From Minisyncoccota bacterium (lineage in GTDB: Bacteria; Patescibacteriota; Minisyncoccia; JBAYJV01): a stretch of 64,000 nt of DNA. The notes below the pieces were generated by a model. The model made no database searches and was not told the origin of the DNA. It saw only the letters and a program-made list of their open reading frames with translations. Positions 39,367 through 48,462 of the stretch are shown in pieces (the first letter of the stretch is position 1; each line of letters opens with the position of its first letter). The position numbers and the translations under genes were made by a program. The stretch is from contig JBAYJV010000003.1 of NCBI GenBank assembly GCA_041664925.1, forward strand, positions 21,179 through 85,178, written 5' to 3'.

Positions 39367-40296
39367 TTATTTTAAAAATTCTTTAACTAATTTTTCGGCC
39401 TCTAATAAATCTTCAATCCAATGGATTTCTGAATCGCGCTTGAACCAAGTAATTTGTCGTCTTGCGTACGCATGCGTGGCAAACTTTATTTTCTGAGGCA
39501 ATTCTCTCTCGTTTATTTTTCCATCCAAATATTCTATGACTTGTTTATACCCGATTCCGGAAAACGCTGGCGCAGATTTGGGATATAATTTTAATAGGTT
39601 TTCCACTTCGCTAACCAGTCCATTTTCCATCATTTCATCAACTCTTTTATCAATTCTTTTATAAAGATCTTTTCTCTCTGATTTTATAGCAATTTTTAAA
39701 ACATCAAACAATCTTTCTCCTTTTTTTTGATTTTGAGAAAAAGTTGTATTTCCTAAGAGACAAACTTCAAGGGCGCGCACCAATCGGCGCTTATTATTTT
39801 TATCAATATTTTTCAATGAGTCAGGATCAAATAGTTCCAGTTGTTTTACTAATTCCTCATTACTTTTTTCCTCCAGTTTTTTTCGTAATGCCAAATTTGG
39901 TTTGATTTTAGGAATTTCTAAATTATTAATAAGAGTATCAATATATAAACCAGTACCGCCAACTAAAAATGGCAATTTTTTTTGAGCGATAATTTTTTTT
40001 ATTTCATCAATTGCTAACGATTTAAATTCAGATGAAGAAAAAGTTTTTAGAGCATCTAAAAATTGAACGAGGTAATGGGGAATACCGCTAGAAATATAAA
40101 CATCATTTTTCCATTCGCCCTGAACCAATCCTGAACCAATGACAAAATCGCGATAAATTTGACGCGAATCAACGGAAACAATTTCTCCATCAAATTTTTT
40201 CGCCAGTTTTATCGCCAAATCCGACTTTCCCGACCCCGTCGGCCCCAAAATGGTAATTATTTTTGGCATTATTTTTTGCAACATAAATTCTAACAA
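39367..40296 (-). CDS. miaA: tRNA dimethylallyltransferase
   Basis: P-loop GPTGSGKS plus DSRQIYRDFVIGSGL. The whole length is MiaA-like. Confidence 0.85.
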   Translation of the reverse strand: MLEFMLQKIMPKIITILGPTGSGKSDLAIKLAKKFDGEIVSVDSRQIYRDFVIGSGLVQGEWKNDVYISSGIPHYLVQFLDALKTFSSSEFKSLAIDEIKKIIAQKKLPFLVGGTGLYIDTLINNLEIPKIKPNLALRKKLEEKSNEELVKQLELFDPDSLKNIDKNNKRRLVRALEVCLLGNTTFSQNQKKGERLFDVLKIAIKSERKDLYKRIDKRVDEMMENGLVSEVENLLKLYPKSAPAFSGIGYKQVIEYLDGKINERELPQKIKFATHAYARRQITWFKRDSEIHWIEDLLEAEKLVKEFLK

Positions 40297-40307
40297 TTAA
40301 AACCTTC

Positions 40308-40336
40308 AATTTATCGAAGTCCGACTTCGATAAATT
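40308..40336. repeat. Palindrome AAATTTATCGAAGTCCGACTTCGATAAATT. Inverted-identical copy at about 41165-41194 on the other side of RAYT copy 2
   Basis: Seen directly. Confidence 0.85.
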
Positions 40337-40427
40337 TTAACAAAAAACATCAAATTTTCCTATGATTTTAAATATGCTTTATGCTAAAATTAACCTTATT
40401 GTATTATTATAGTTAAATAAACTAATT

Positions 40428-41132
40428 ATGAAAAGGCCAGAATTTTTTTGTAATAAAATATATCATATTTATAACCGCGGCGTTGATAAGAGAAATATAT
40501 TTTTAGACGACATTGATAGATTTCGTTTTATTCACGATTTATTTGAATTCAATGATATTAATCCGGTATTTAATGCTGGTTATAATTTTAGAAACAAATC
40601 TATTGAAGTCGGACTTCAATATATTGATAATAAAAATAAACCGAGAAAATTATTGGTTGAGATTTTGGCTTTTTGTTTAATGCCGAATCATTTTCACTTA
40701 CTTTTGAGACAGAGAAAAGAGAATGGAATTACTGAATTTATGAGAAAATTAGGAACCGGTTATACCAATTATTTTAATCAAAAATATACAAGATCTGGCG
40801 TCTTGTTTCAGGGTAAATTTAAAGCTTTACTAATAGAAAAAGAAACTCATTTTATATATCTTCCACATTATATCCATACAAATCCACTAGACCTGACAGA
40901 TGCTAAGTGGCGACAAGATGGTATTTCAGGCTTAAATAAAATATTAAAGTTTTTAGAAGAATACCGTTGGAGCAGTTTACCCGATTATTTAAATAAGAAA
41001 AATTTTCCTTCAATTACTCAGCGTAATTTTCTTTTAGAAATTTTCGGAGGAGAGAAACAATACAAAAAAGATTTAACAGATATTATAAAAAATGGAAATT
41101 TTGAGGAAATAAAAGATTTAGTTTTTGAATAG
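40428..41132 (+). CDS. IS200/RAYT-like HuH tyrosine-transposase-like protein, copy 2
   Basis: YHIYNRG, PNHFHLLL (HuH), SGVLFQGKFKA and YIHTNPLD motifs. Confidence 0.75.
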   Translation: MKRPEFFCNKIYHIYNRGVDKRNIFLDDIDRFRFIHDLFEFNDINPVFNAGYNFRNKSIEVGLQYIDNKNKPRKLLVEILAFCLMPNHFHLLLRQRKENGITEFMRKLGTGYTNYFNQKYTRSGVLFQGKFKALLIEKETHFIYLPHYIHTNPLDLTDAKWRQDGISGLNKILKFLEEYRWSSLPDYLNKKNFPSITQRNFLLEIFGGEKQYKKDLTDIIKNGNFEEIKDLVFE

Positions 41133-41266
41133 CTCTTGAATATTTAATAACAAAGTTATTACTAAATTTATCGAAGTCCGACTTCGATAAATTAGTTTTT
41201 TTACTAGACTAGCTCATTCTTTCTTTTTTTTTGACAAAGAAATCTTATCTGGTAACATTGTTGTAT

Positions 41267-42496
41267 ATGAAAAATCTTAATAATATTTCACAAGATTTAT
41301 ATAATTTAGTCAAGAGCGAAGAAAAGCGTCAACAAGAGATGATTAGTTTGATCGCTTCGGAAAATTATGTTTCAAAAGCTGTACTTGAAGCAGCAGGTTC
41401 TGTTTTGACAAATAAATATTCTGAAGGCTATCCAGGAAGACGATATTATCCTGGTAATTTTTATATTGATAAAATTGAGGAAGTTTGCAAGGCAAAAGCT
41501 AAGGAAATTTTTGGTCTTGGCGATGATTGGCAAGTCAATGTCCAACCTTACTCTGGCGCTCCTGCCAATTTAGAAGTTTATTTTGCATTGCTTGAGCCAG
41601 GAGAAAAGATTCTATCGCTCAAGCTTTCTCATGGGGGCCACCTAAGCCATGGCCATAAAGTTAATGCCTCGTCCCATTTCTACCAGATTGTTCATTATGG
41701 CGTGAATAGCGAAGGATTAATCGATTACGACGAAGTTGAAAAATTAGCGATTGCAGAAAAACCAAAAATTATTATTTCAGGAGCTACGGCCTATAGCCGA
41801 GAAATTGATTTTAAAAGATTTGGCGAAATTGCTAAAAAAGTTGGCGCTTATCATTTGGCTGACATTTCTCATATTGCCGGATTAATTGTTGCTGGTCTTC
41901 ATCAATCGCCATTTTCTTGTGCTGACATCGTTATGACAACGACTCACAAAACTTTGCGCGGGCCAAGATCAGCAGTTATTTATTCTAAATCAGAAATCGC
42001 AGAAAAAATTGATAAGACGGTTTTCCCCGGTTTCCAGGGCGGACCCCACGAACATATTATTTTAGCTAAAGCGATTGCCTTTGAAGAAGCGCTCAAGCCC
42101 GAGTTTAAAGAATACCAAAAACAAATAATCAAAAATGCCAAAGTTCTAGCCGATGAGCTTATCGTAAAAGGATTCAAGCTTGTTTCAGGCGGCACCGACA
42201 ATCACCTAATCTTAATGGATTTAAGAGGCGTCATTGATGCGTCGGAAGCTGAAAAACTTTTGGAAGAATCAAATATTTTAGCTAATAGAAACACGATTCC
42301 TGATGATCCATCGCCTTTCAAACCATCGGGCCTGCGACTGGGAACGCCTGCCACAACAACACGAGGCATGAAAGAATCAGAAATGAAAATCATCGCTCAA
42401 TTTATCACAAAAATTTTAAAAAAGGAGGGGACACCTTTGGAAATAAAGCCTCAGGTGATTGATCTGTGTAAAAAATTCCCCATCTATGAAAATTAA
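41267..42496 (+). CDS. glyA: serine hydroxymethyltransferase
   Basis: The SHGGHLSHG and TTTHKTLRGPR (PLP lysine) motifs. The start was moved to the ATG at 41267, because the track's TTG at 41231 is the -35 TTGACA. Confidence 0.9.
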   Translation: MKNLNNISQDLYNLVKSEEKRQQEMISLIASENYVSKAVLEAAGSVLTNKYSEGYPGRRYYPGNFYIDKIEEVCKAKAKEIFGLGDDWQVNVQPYSGAPANLEVYFALLEPGEKILSLKLSHGGHLSHGHKVNASSHFYQIVHYGVNSEGLIDYDEVEKLAIAEKPKIIISGATAYSREIDFKRFGEIAKKVGAYHLADISHIAGLIVAGLHQSPFSCADIVMTTTHKTLRGPRSAVIYSKSEIAEKIDKTVFPGFQGGPHEHIILAKAIAFEEALKPEFKEYQKQIIKNAKVLADELIVKGFKLVSGGTDNHLILMDLRGVIDASEAEKLLEESNILANRNTIPDDPSPFKPSGLRLGTPATTTRGMKESEMKIIAQFITKILKKEGTPLEIKPQVIDLCKKFPIYEN

Positions 42497-43121
42497 ACTG
42501 ATTGCTTCAACTCCCAATCCGGAAAAGATCGTTTACTTGGCTGCGCGTCAAAGCAGGTATGCTGATGGAGTAGGCGATATTCCTAAAAAAGAAATCACAG
42601 ATCAAAAAGTCAAAGATTTAATAAAAAAACTTTTAGAATGGGGGCATTTCGGACCTTTTGAGCACCCTCATTTTACTTTCGTTCTCTCTGAAGTTTCCCG
42701 AGCATTCACTCATCAATTAGTCCGGCATCGAATGGCGACATACGATCAGCAATCGCTTCGTTATGTCAACAAGTCTGGTCGCAACCTCGAAACGGCATTT
42801 CCCCAGAAAATATCTAGCCAAAATAAAAAAGCAATTGAAGAATTTAATCGCCAATCAATTACGCTTTATGAAAAATTAGTCAAAGATGGCGTGCCAGCCG
42901 AAGACGCAAGATTTGTTTTGCCAATTGGCACAAAAACCGCTATCGTGATGACAATGAACGCCAGGTCAATGATGCATTTTCTAAAATTGCGCTTAGACAA
43001 ATCAGCTCAATGGGAAATTCGTGAAGGCGCAAAGGAAATTTTAAAAATAATGAAAAAAGAAATGCCGACAACCTTTGGTTGGTTCGCTAAGAATTGGGAA
43101 AAGCTAAAACTAACTCCTTAA
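42486..43121 (+). CDS. thyX: flavin-dependent thymidylate synthase
   Basis: ThyX motif RHR in FTHQLVRHRMATYDQQSLRY. Overlaps the glyA stop. Confidence 0.85.
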   Translation: MKIKLIASTPNPEKIVYLAARQSRYADGVGDIPKKEITDQKVKDLIKKLLEWGHFGPFEHPHFTFVLSEVSRAFTHQLVRHRMATYDQQSLRYVNKSGRNLETAFPQKISSQNKKAIEEFNRQSITLYEKLVKDGVPAEDARFVLPIGTKTAIVMTMNARSMMHFLKLRLDKSAQWEIREGAKEILKIMKKEMPTTFGWFAKNWEKLKLTP

Positions 43122-43475
43122 AATTTTATAATAAATCATAAAGAACTAGCAGTAATTGCTAGTTTTTTATTGAAAAAAATTCATACTTGCCCTTCCGAAG
43201 CCTTGGCGTAGGAGGGCTTGTCCGTCCGAAGTCCCGGCTCGCCGGGACGAAGGAGGGTCATTCTGACCCCGGCAAGCCGGGGGAAGAATCTCTGAATTAT
43301 AGCTTTGAATTTTAAGTTATGGTTTTCCTGCCTGCCGGTAGGCATGGGAGTTTTGCGCTTTGAATTTTGATTTTTCACTCAAACTCTTGCATTTTATGCT
43401 TAATTGTGATATAATAGGTAATGAAAGAAGAGTTAGGGTTTCGTCAAACACACAAGCGAAAGAAGGAGGAAGAGA

Positions 43476-44027
43476 ATGGAGCGTTCGGTTTTCATGAAAG
43501 ATGGCGGAAATTGGGTTTGCACAAGTGGGCCGGACGAGATGTTTGTTTCTTCTGCGGTTCGGTCGGTTTTGACAGCTTTCTCAACTTCGGCGATAAATCT
43601 TGTTCGCACTTCAGACGGCGATCTGGTGATCGAGACTGAGGGTTGGGATGTTGTTCGTCGAAACAAGGTGATTTATCGAGGAGCATATCATGGGTTTTTC
43701 GATCTACAGAATGTCGGCGAAGTTGTCGCGGAATTGAAGGAGGCTTTGTTCTCACGATCTGTTCAGATCGGTGTTCTTGAGAGCTCAGAGATCAATGATC
43801 TCGTTTTCGATTTCATATCGAGGTTTCTTGACAGCCCGGAAAACGACATCGAGAAGAAGTTCAAAGCGGTTCTCGTCGTGATCCACGGAGGCGCGAGGAC
43901 GCGAGAAGAAGTCGAGCGTCTTGTCGAGCTTGAGTGGTGGAAGCTTCTGGCTGCGGTTCAACTTGCTCGTTCGGAGCAGATGAGCGCAGTCGAAGTTCTC
44001 GACCTTCTCGAACCAGTCGCCGCTTAG
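43476..44027 (+). CDS. cassette ORF, 183 aa, paralog of 54128
   Basis: Promoter module at 43387. AAGGAGG RBS. Conserved C-terminus AVEVLDLLEPVAA. Type-3 terminator. Confidence 0.55.
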   Translation: MERSVFMKDGGNWVCTSGPDEMFVSSAVRSVLTAFSTSAINLVRTSDGDLVIETEGWDVVRRNKVIYRGAYHGFFDLQNVGEVVAELKEALFSRSVQIGVLESSEINDLVFDFISRFLDSPENDIEKKFKAVLVVIHGGARTREEVERLVELEWWKLLAAVQLARSEQMSAVEVLDLLEPVAA

Positions 44028-44061
44028 GAGAGCGGTTCGTACTGGTAGAATTGGTGGATCC

Positions 44062-44096
44062 GTCCCGGTAGAAGTTTACCGGGACGTTTTTTTTAT
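44062..44096 (+). terminator. Cassette terminator type 3: conserved GCTTAGGAGAGCGG block, then a GTCCCGGTA-GAAGTT-TACCGGGAC hairpin and a T-run. Copies at about 44829 and (variant) 54681
   Basis: Three copies. The stop codon is embedded in the conserved GCTTAGGAGAGCGG block. Confidence 0.7.
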
Positions 44097-44337
44097 TTCT
44101 GTCATTCTGAATGGTTCGACAAGCTCACCATAAATTCCACGAAGAATCTCATGTTTTACAATTGATTTTCATCAAATCCATTGCATTTTACACTTAATTG
44201 TGGTATAATAGATGATAAGAGAAGAGTTTGGGGTTTTCTTTCAATAGCGACTTGGTTGGAAATTTATTCTTACTAATTCGCTGTTGAAACGACAGCCTTC
44301 GGTGGAGTACCGGAGAAATCCCGAAACGGGAGGAAAC

Positions 44338-44784
44338 ATGTCAAAAAAGATTACACTCACGAACACAACGGCGTTGGCACTGCAGATGGCGCAGGCATGC
44401 GCTGTACGTGCGTATGGCGAGTTGGAGAATCGTTTGTTCCTGCACTCGGAATACGATCCAATGGATTTTGTCTGGCAGGATGGCAATGGTGAAAGGATTG
44501 TTGACGGATCAATATGGTTCTATCCCCAGGACAGTGTTTCCATTAACTTCAAGTGTACTCTTAACTACGAGTACAGGAAGTTCACAGAAGCAACAGTTGT
44601 GATTAGGAGATGGGAGAAAGAAGACAAGAAGTTCATTTGTACCATTGAGGCCGGTGAGTTGCGGGTAGTTGACTGCAACGCCGAAGCTAAGAAGACTGAA
44701 GAAGTACCTGTTTCTCGTGGATTCTGGCGATCACTCGCCGATTTCTTCACGAGAAAACATGGTGCGAAGAAACTCTCGGTCTAG
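44338..44784 (+). CDS. cassette ORF, 148 aa (MSKKITL...), behind the long structured leader
   Basis: The ATG directly follows GGGAGGAAAC. Type-3 terminator. Confidence 0.5.
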   Translation: MSKKITLTNTTALALQMAQACAVRAYGELENRLFLHSEYDPMDFVWQDGNGERIVDGSIWFYPQDSVSINFKCTLNYEYRKFTEATVVIRRWEKEDKKFICTIEAGELRVVDCNAEAKKTEEVPVSRGFWRSLADFFTRKHGAKKLSV

Positions 44785-45110
44785 TCACTGCTTAGGAGAG
44801 CGGTTCGTCCCGGTAGAATTGGCGGACCCGTCCCGGTAGAAGTTTACCGGGACGCTTTTTTTATTGAAATTTATGTCATTCTTGCGAAGGCAGGAATCCA
44901 GTAACAATAAACAAAAACCGTCTAGGACCGTCCCGATAAAATAAATCCTCGACAGTTTTTGACATATGTGGGAGGCTGAGCCTCCCACATATGTCAGGGA
45001 AAATGGTATTGAGGTCAAACCTCAACACTTTCTTAATCTTATTTTGCTCGTCCTGCTTGGTTCGGTGGATTCGATAAACTCACCACAAACAAGCTCACCA
45101 TAAACTCCAC

Positions 45111-45316
45111 GAAGGAACTTGTCCTGAGAGAAGTCGAAGGAACTTGTCCTGAGAGAAGTCGAAGGAACTTGTCCTGAGAGAAGTCGAAGGAACTTGTCCT
45201 GAGAGAAGTCGAAGGAACTTGTCCTGAGCGAAGTCGAAGGAACTTGTCCTGAGCGAAGTCGAAGGAACTTGTCCTGAGCGAAGTCGAAGGAACTTGTCCT
45301 GAGCGGAGTCGAAGGA
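45111..45316. repeat. Tandem array of 8 units of 25 bp (GAAGGAACTTGTCCTGAGAGAAGTC), the reverse complement of the dispersed CCTTCGACTTCKCTCAGGACAAG motif
   Basis: Seen directly. The overlapping minus-strand ORFs in the track are judged repeat artefacts. Confidence 0.8.
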
Positions 45317-45449
45317 TTGACTTTTCTCCATTAAGCATATACACTAAAATTAGTTCTTCAAAAAGTCCGCCTACGCCTTTTGGCTACGGCGAGACGTAAG
45401 AGCTTGTAAATTCGCAGGCTCATCAACAATCTCTAACGGAGGCGATACA

Positions 45450-45878
45450 ATGGCAGGAGGATCTCAGTTTGCGTTTGCGATAATATTAGGCATTTTCAGT
45501 GTTTTCTCATTTGTTGGTCATGTATTGATTCTGGGAATCGTCTTGGCAGTTTTGGCGGTTTTGATGATTATAAGGGGAATAAGAATATCGTCTGTAGTTC
45601 TTAGCGGCGATCATCCCGAAAGAAGAAAAGACGAAGTTTTTACAGGCAATGTCTATACTGACGATTTTGATGATCTTAGAGGGCTATATGGCTCAGGAGT
45701 TCGTTTCGGAGGGGTAGCCTATACTACTGACGGGGAATCGCTTGCCGGTACGCGCTTACGTCCTTGTTTCAGGACTATTGAATCTGTTGAAGCATTTGAA
45801 AAGAGACGAGCAACAGAAGAAACAGAAGCAATCATGAGAACCTTACGAGATGGTGGCGGACACGTGATTATCGCATAA
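45450..45878 (+). CDS. hypothetical membrane protein
   Basis: Two N-terminal TM helices. RBS ACGGAGG, which is part of the conserved leader. Confidence 0.4.
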   Translation: MAGGSQFAFAIILGIFSVFSFVGHVLILGIVLAVLAVLMIIRGIRISSVVLSGDHPERRKDEVFTGNVYTDDFDDLRGLYGSGVRFGGVAYTTDGESLAGTRLRPCFRTIESVEAFEKRRATEETEAIMRTLRDGGGHVIIA

Positions 45879-46391
45879 GGAGGAGGAATGGGTAAAGACA
45901 TGACTTCGCGGTTTTCAAAAAAGCGTAGTGTTTTTTCTTCCAGAGAAACAAGAGAACCGCAGTTGCCATTGCCGGCAACGCCAAGCGAAATTCGTTCTTT
46001 CAGAGAAGGGCTTAATGCGTCTTGTTAAAGACAAAGAGGACGCAATCAAAAATTGTCGATGCGATCTCCGGACAGAGAAACTTTGATTGTGAGGGCGACT
46101 AGTTAGCCGCCCTTTTTTAATTTAAATGAAAATATACAAAAAAGTGAAATATGTGGGAGGCTGAGCCTCCCACATGTGTCTGAGAAAATAGAAATGATTT
46201 TAAGTTTTGCCCTTTCGATTGATTTTTCCCGAAGAATATTATATATTAAAATTAAGTTCTTTAAAAAACAAAAGGAGATAATGTGATATACGGCGCAGTA
46301 GAAAATGCTAAACGCACAGTAGTAAAGGAAATGAGTGTAATAGGACCAATGATTCAAACAATTGCCACAAGACAATCAAAGGAGAGAAGAA

Positions 46392-46670
46392 ATGAAGCTG
46401 CTAACAAACATTTGGCGTAGGATTACGGGAAGAAATCTTCCTCAAGAATTTTATCAAGGAATCAACGTTAATTTAATCGGTACAATGCCCGACACAAGGA
46501 AAAATGATCCGAATCTTACTTCTGAGGAAATGGCATTGCGAGCTAAAGAAAATAGGGAAAAAATAGAGAGAATGTTTATTGAAAGTATGCTTAAAAGAGA
46601 AAAGATATTACATAAAACAACTTTTCATACACCATACAGTCGTGGAATAAGATATAAGGCAGCAGCATAG
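46392..46670 (+). CDS. small hypothetical protein, 92 aa
   Basis: AAGGAGAG RBS. Confidence 0.35.
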   Translation: MKLLTNIWRRITGRNLPQEFYQGINVNLIGTMPDTRKNDPNLTSEEMALRAKENREKIERMFIESMLKREKILHKTTFHTPYSRGIRYKAAA

Positions 46671-46781
46671 TTCATCCTTACTTTTAGTTTCGGCGAGACG
46701 TAAGTCCTTCGACTTCGCTCAGGACGTAAGATTTTTCATTTTTTCGTTAACACTCAAAAGCAAAATCTAACGGAGGGAGGA

Positions 46782-46976
46782 ATGGAGCTAATGAAGGTCG
46801 ATGCAAGTAAGGTTGATGTATTAAGGAAATTACCAGATAGCGTAAGAAGGGAATACGAAAAAGACCCAGAAGGATTTAGAAATAGAAGAATTACTTTAGC
46901 GAGACACAAGGATGAGAAATCTGGCAACATCAAGACGACTTGTGCGACAGTAGGCAAGAGTCGTAGAAAAACATAG
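46782..46976 (+). CDS. small hypothetical protein, 64 aa
   Basis: ACGGAGGGAGG RBS in the conserved leader. Confidence 0.3.
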   Translation: MELMKVDASKVDVLRKLPDSVRREYEKDPEGFRNRRITLARHKDEKSGNIKTTCATVGKSRRKT

Positions 46977-46991
46977 ACAAGGAGAGAGAAA

Positions 46992-47165
46992 ATGAAGAAA
47001 AAGAAAGGATTTTTGAAGTCTAGGACTCCTGGAGGAAAAGCGGCAAGACAACGAAGGCGGATGGTTAGGAAGACACTGATTGCTGGCGACAAAGAACTTA
47101 AGCCAGAGAGAGATCGAGCGATTTTTGGTGGCCCAAATCCAAGAGACATAATTGTTGATGGATAA
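46992..47165 (+). CDS. small basic protein, 57 aa
   Basis: AAGGAGAG RBS. Lys/Arg-rich. Confidence 0.25.
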   Translation: MKKKKGFLKSRTPGGKAARQRRRMVRKTLIAGDKELKPERDRAIFGGPNPRDIIVDG

Positions 47166-47173
47166 GGAGGAAA

Positions 47174-47506
47174 ATGGAAGAGAGACAAGGTGATCAGAAA
47201 GAAAGAGATTTACAGACTCGATTGGGTTCTGAATTTCAAAGAGATCCCCATGCAACTGTTGAAGGGTTTCTGAGAGGGGCTAAGGAAAGGCACGATCGTT
47301 TTCAGAGAATCTGTGATGGATTTCAAGGAATGCCAAAACCGATAAGAGATTTGCGATTTGAGACATTAGTTCATTCGGTTGCGACCATTAACCTTGATGA
47401 ACTAGAAAGAGAGATTACTGAAACTATTCAAACAGAAGAAGATAAGTTAAGAGATCAGCATCCTGACTGGCAAAGAATTCCAGTCGAAGCCCAGAGCGTT
47501 CCGTAA
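47174..47506 (+). CDS. hypothetical protein, 110 aa
   Basis: TAAGGAGG RBS. Confidence 0.35.
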   Translation: MEERQGDQKERDLQTRLGSEFQRDPHATVEGFLRGAKERHDRFQRICDGFQGMPKPIRDLRFETLVHSVATINLDELEREITETIQTEEDKLRDQHPDWQRIPVEAQSVP

Positions 47507-47724
47507 AGCGGAACGCTTTTTTTGATTTTTGATTTTTTAATGATAAGATAAGGAAAGTTCTTTGAAAATATATAATTAATATAGTCCTTCGACTGGAACT
47601 GCAAATAGCGATACCCTCCTTCTCCCGCCTGCCTGCCGGTAGGCAGGGCAAGCCGGGATACGGAAGGGTGTAAGTTTTTCTATTTTCTCTCTTATGGTTC
47701 GAAAAGAAAAACTAACAACGGAGG

Positions 47725-48390
47725 GTGAAAATGCAGACGAGATACGGTGGAATTGATGCAGTACTTTTTGATGTCAGCGGAGTCTTAATTGATGACATGA
47801 GAGCGGTTTACGAAACTAACATGAGAACGATTGAAGCTCATGGACAAAAAAGAATTACCTTTGAAGAGTGGCAAAGGATGCAGCCAATTACCTTAAAGAA
47901 ACTTCTTGAAAAACTTGGCGTTATCATGGAGCAAGAAGAAATCAATCGAGATTTTGAAAGAGTTTTTCTTGAAGTGCGTAAAGATCCAAGATTCGATCTA
48001 ACTTTGATTGACGGCGCCGTAGAAGCACTAGCCAAGCTTGAGCGTTCAGGCATTAAGCTTTTTGTGGTGAGCGCTCACGCAAAAGGTACCCTAGAACTAG
48101 AACTTGCAAGACTTGGTATTAGAAACTTTTTTGCGGATGTCATTGGCGGGACAAGTCAAGATAAAGCAACCGCAATTAAGAAATTGCTCCGATCAAATAA
48201 TTTGGATCCAAAAAGAGTTATTTTTATAGGAGATACAATTCATGATCTTATTTCAGGGAAGATTGCCGGAGTTAAAACTGCGGCAGTTTCGACGGGATAT
48301 AACACTCACGAAACATTAATTGCGCAGAATCCAACGATTTCTGTTTCTCGTTCTTTAGATGAGTTTCTCAAAGAACTTGGCATTGATTAG
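47725..48390 (+). CDS. HAD-superfamily hydrolase (phosphatase-like)
   Basis: DAVLFDVSGVL (the DxD nucleophile motif) and FIGDTIHD (motif IV). Confidence 0.7.
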   Translation: MKMQTRYGGIDAVLFDVSGVLIDDMRAVYETNMRTIEAHGQKRITFEEWQRMQPITLKKLLEKLGVIMEQEEINRDFERVFLEVRKDPRFDLTLIDGAVEALAKLERSGIKLFVVSAHAKGTLELELARLGIRNFFADVIGGTSQDKATAIKKLLRSNNLDPKRVIFIGDTIHDLISGKIAGVKTAAVSTGYNTHETLIAQNPTISVSRSLDEFLKELGID

Positions 48391-48462
48391 CAATCTACGG
48401 AATAACAAAACCCACCTAAGAGTTAGGCGGGTTTTTTAAGTTTAAAATTTAAAGTTAAAAGT

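Noticed and set aside
24000-40000. Prophage
   Set aside because: No terminase, portal, capsid, tail or integrase homologues were recognised. The small cassette proteins could still be phage-derived, but nothing indicates a phage structural module.
43181-43755. Minus-strand ORFs 43181..43378, 43433..43666 and 43492..43755
   Set aside because: They overlap a repeat copy and the well-supported plus-strand cassette ORF 43476..44027, with no RBS.
45039-45344. Minus-strand ORFs with SGQVPSTSLRTSSFDF repeats
   Set aside because: They lie entirely within the 25-bp x8 tandem DNA repeat, whose period is not a multiple of 3, and have no RBS. They are translation artefacts of the repeat.
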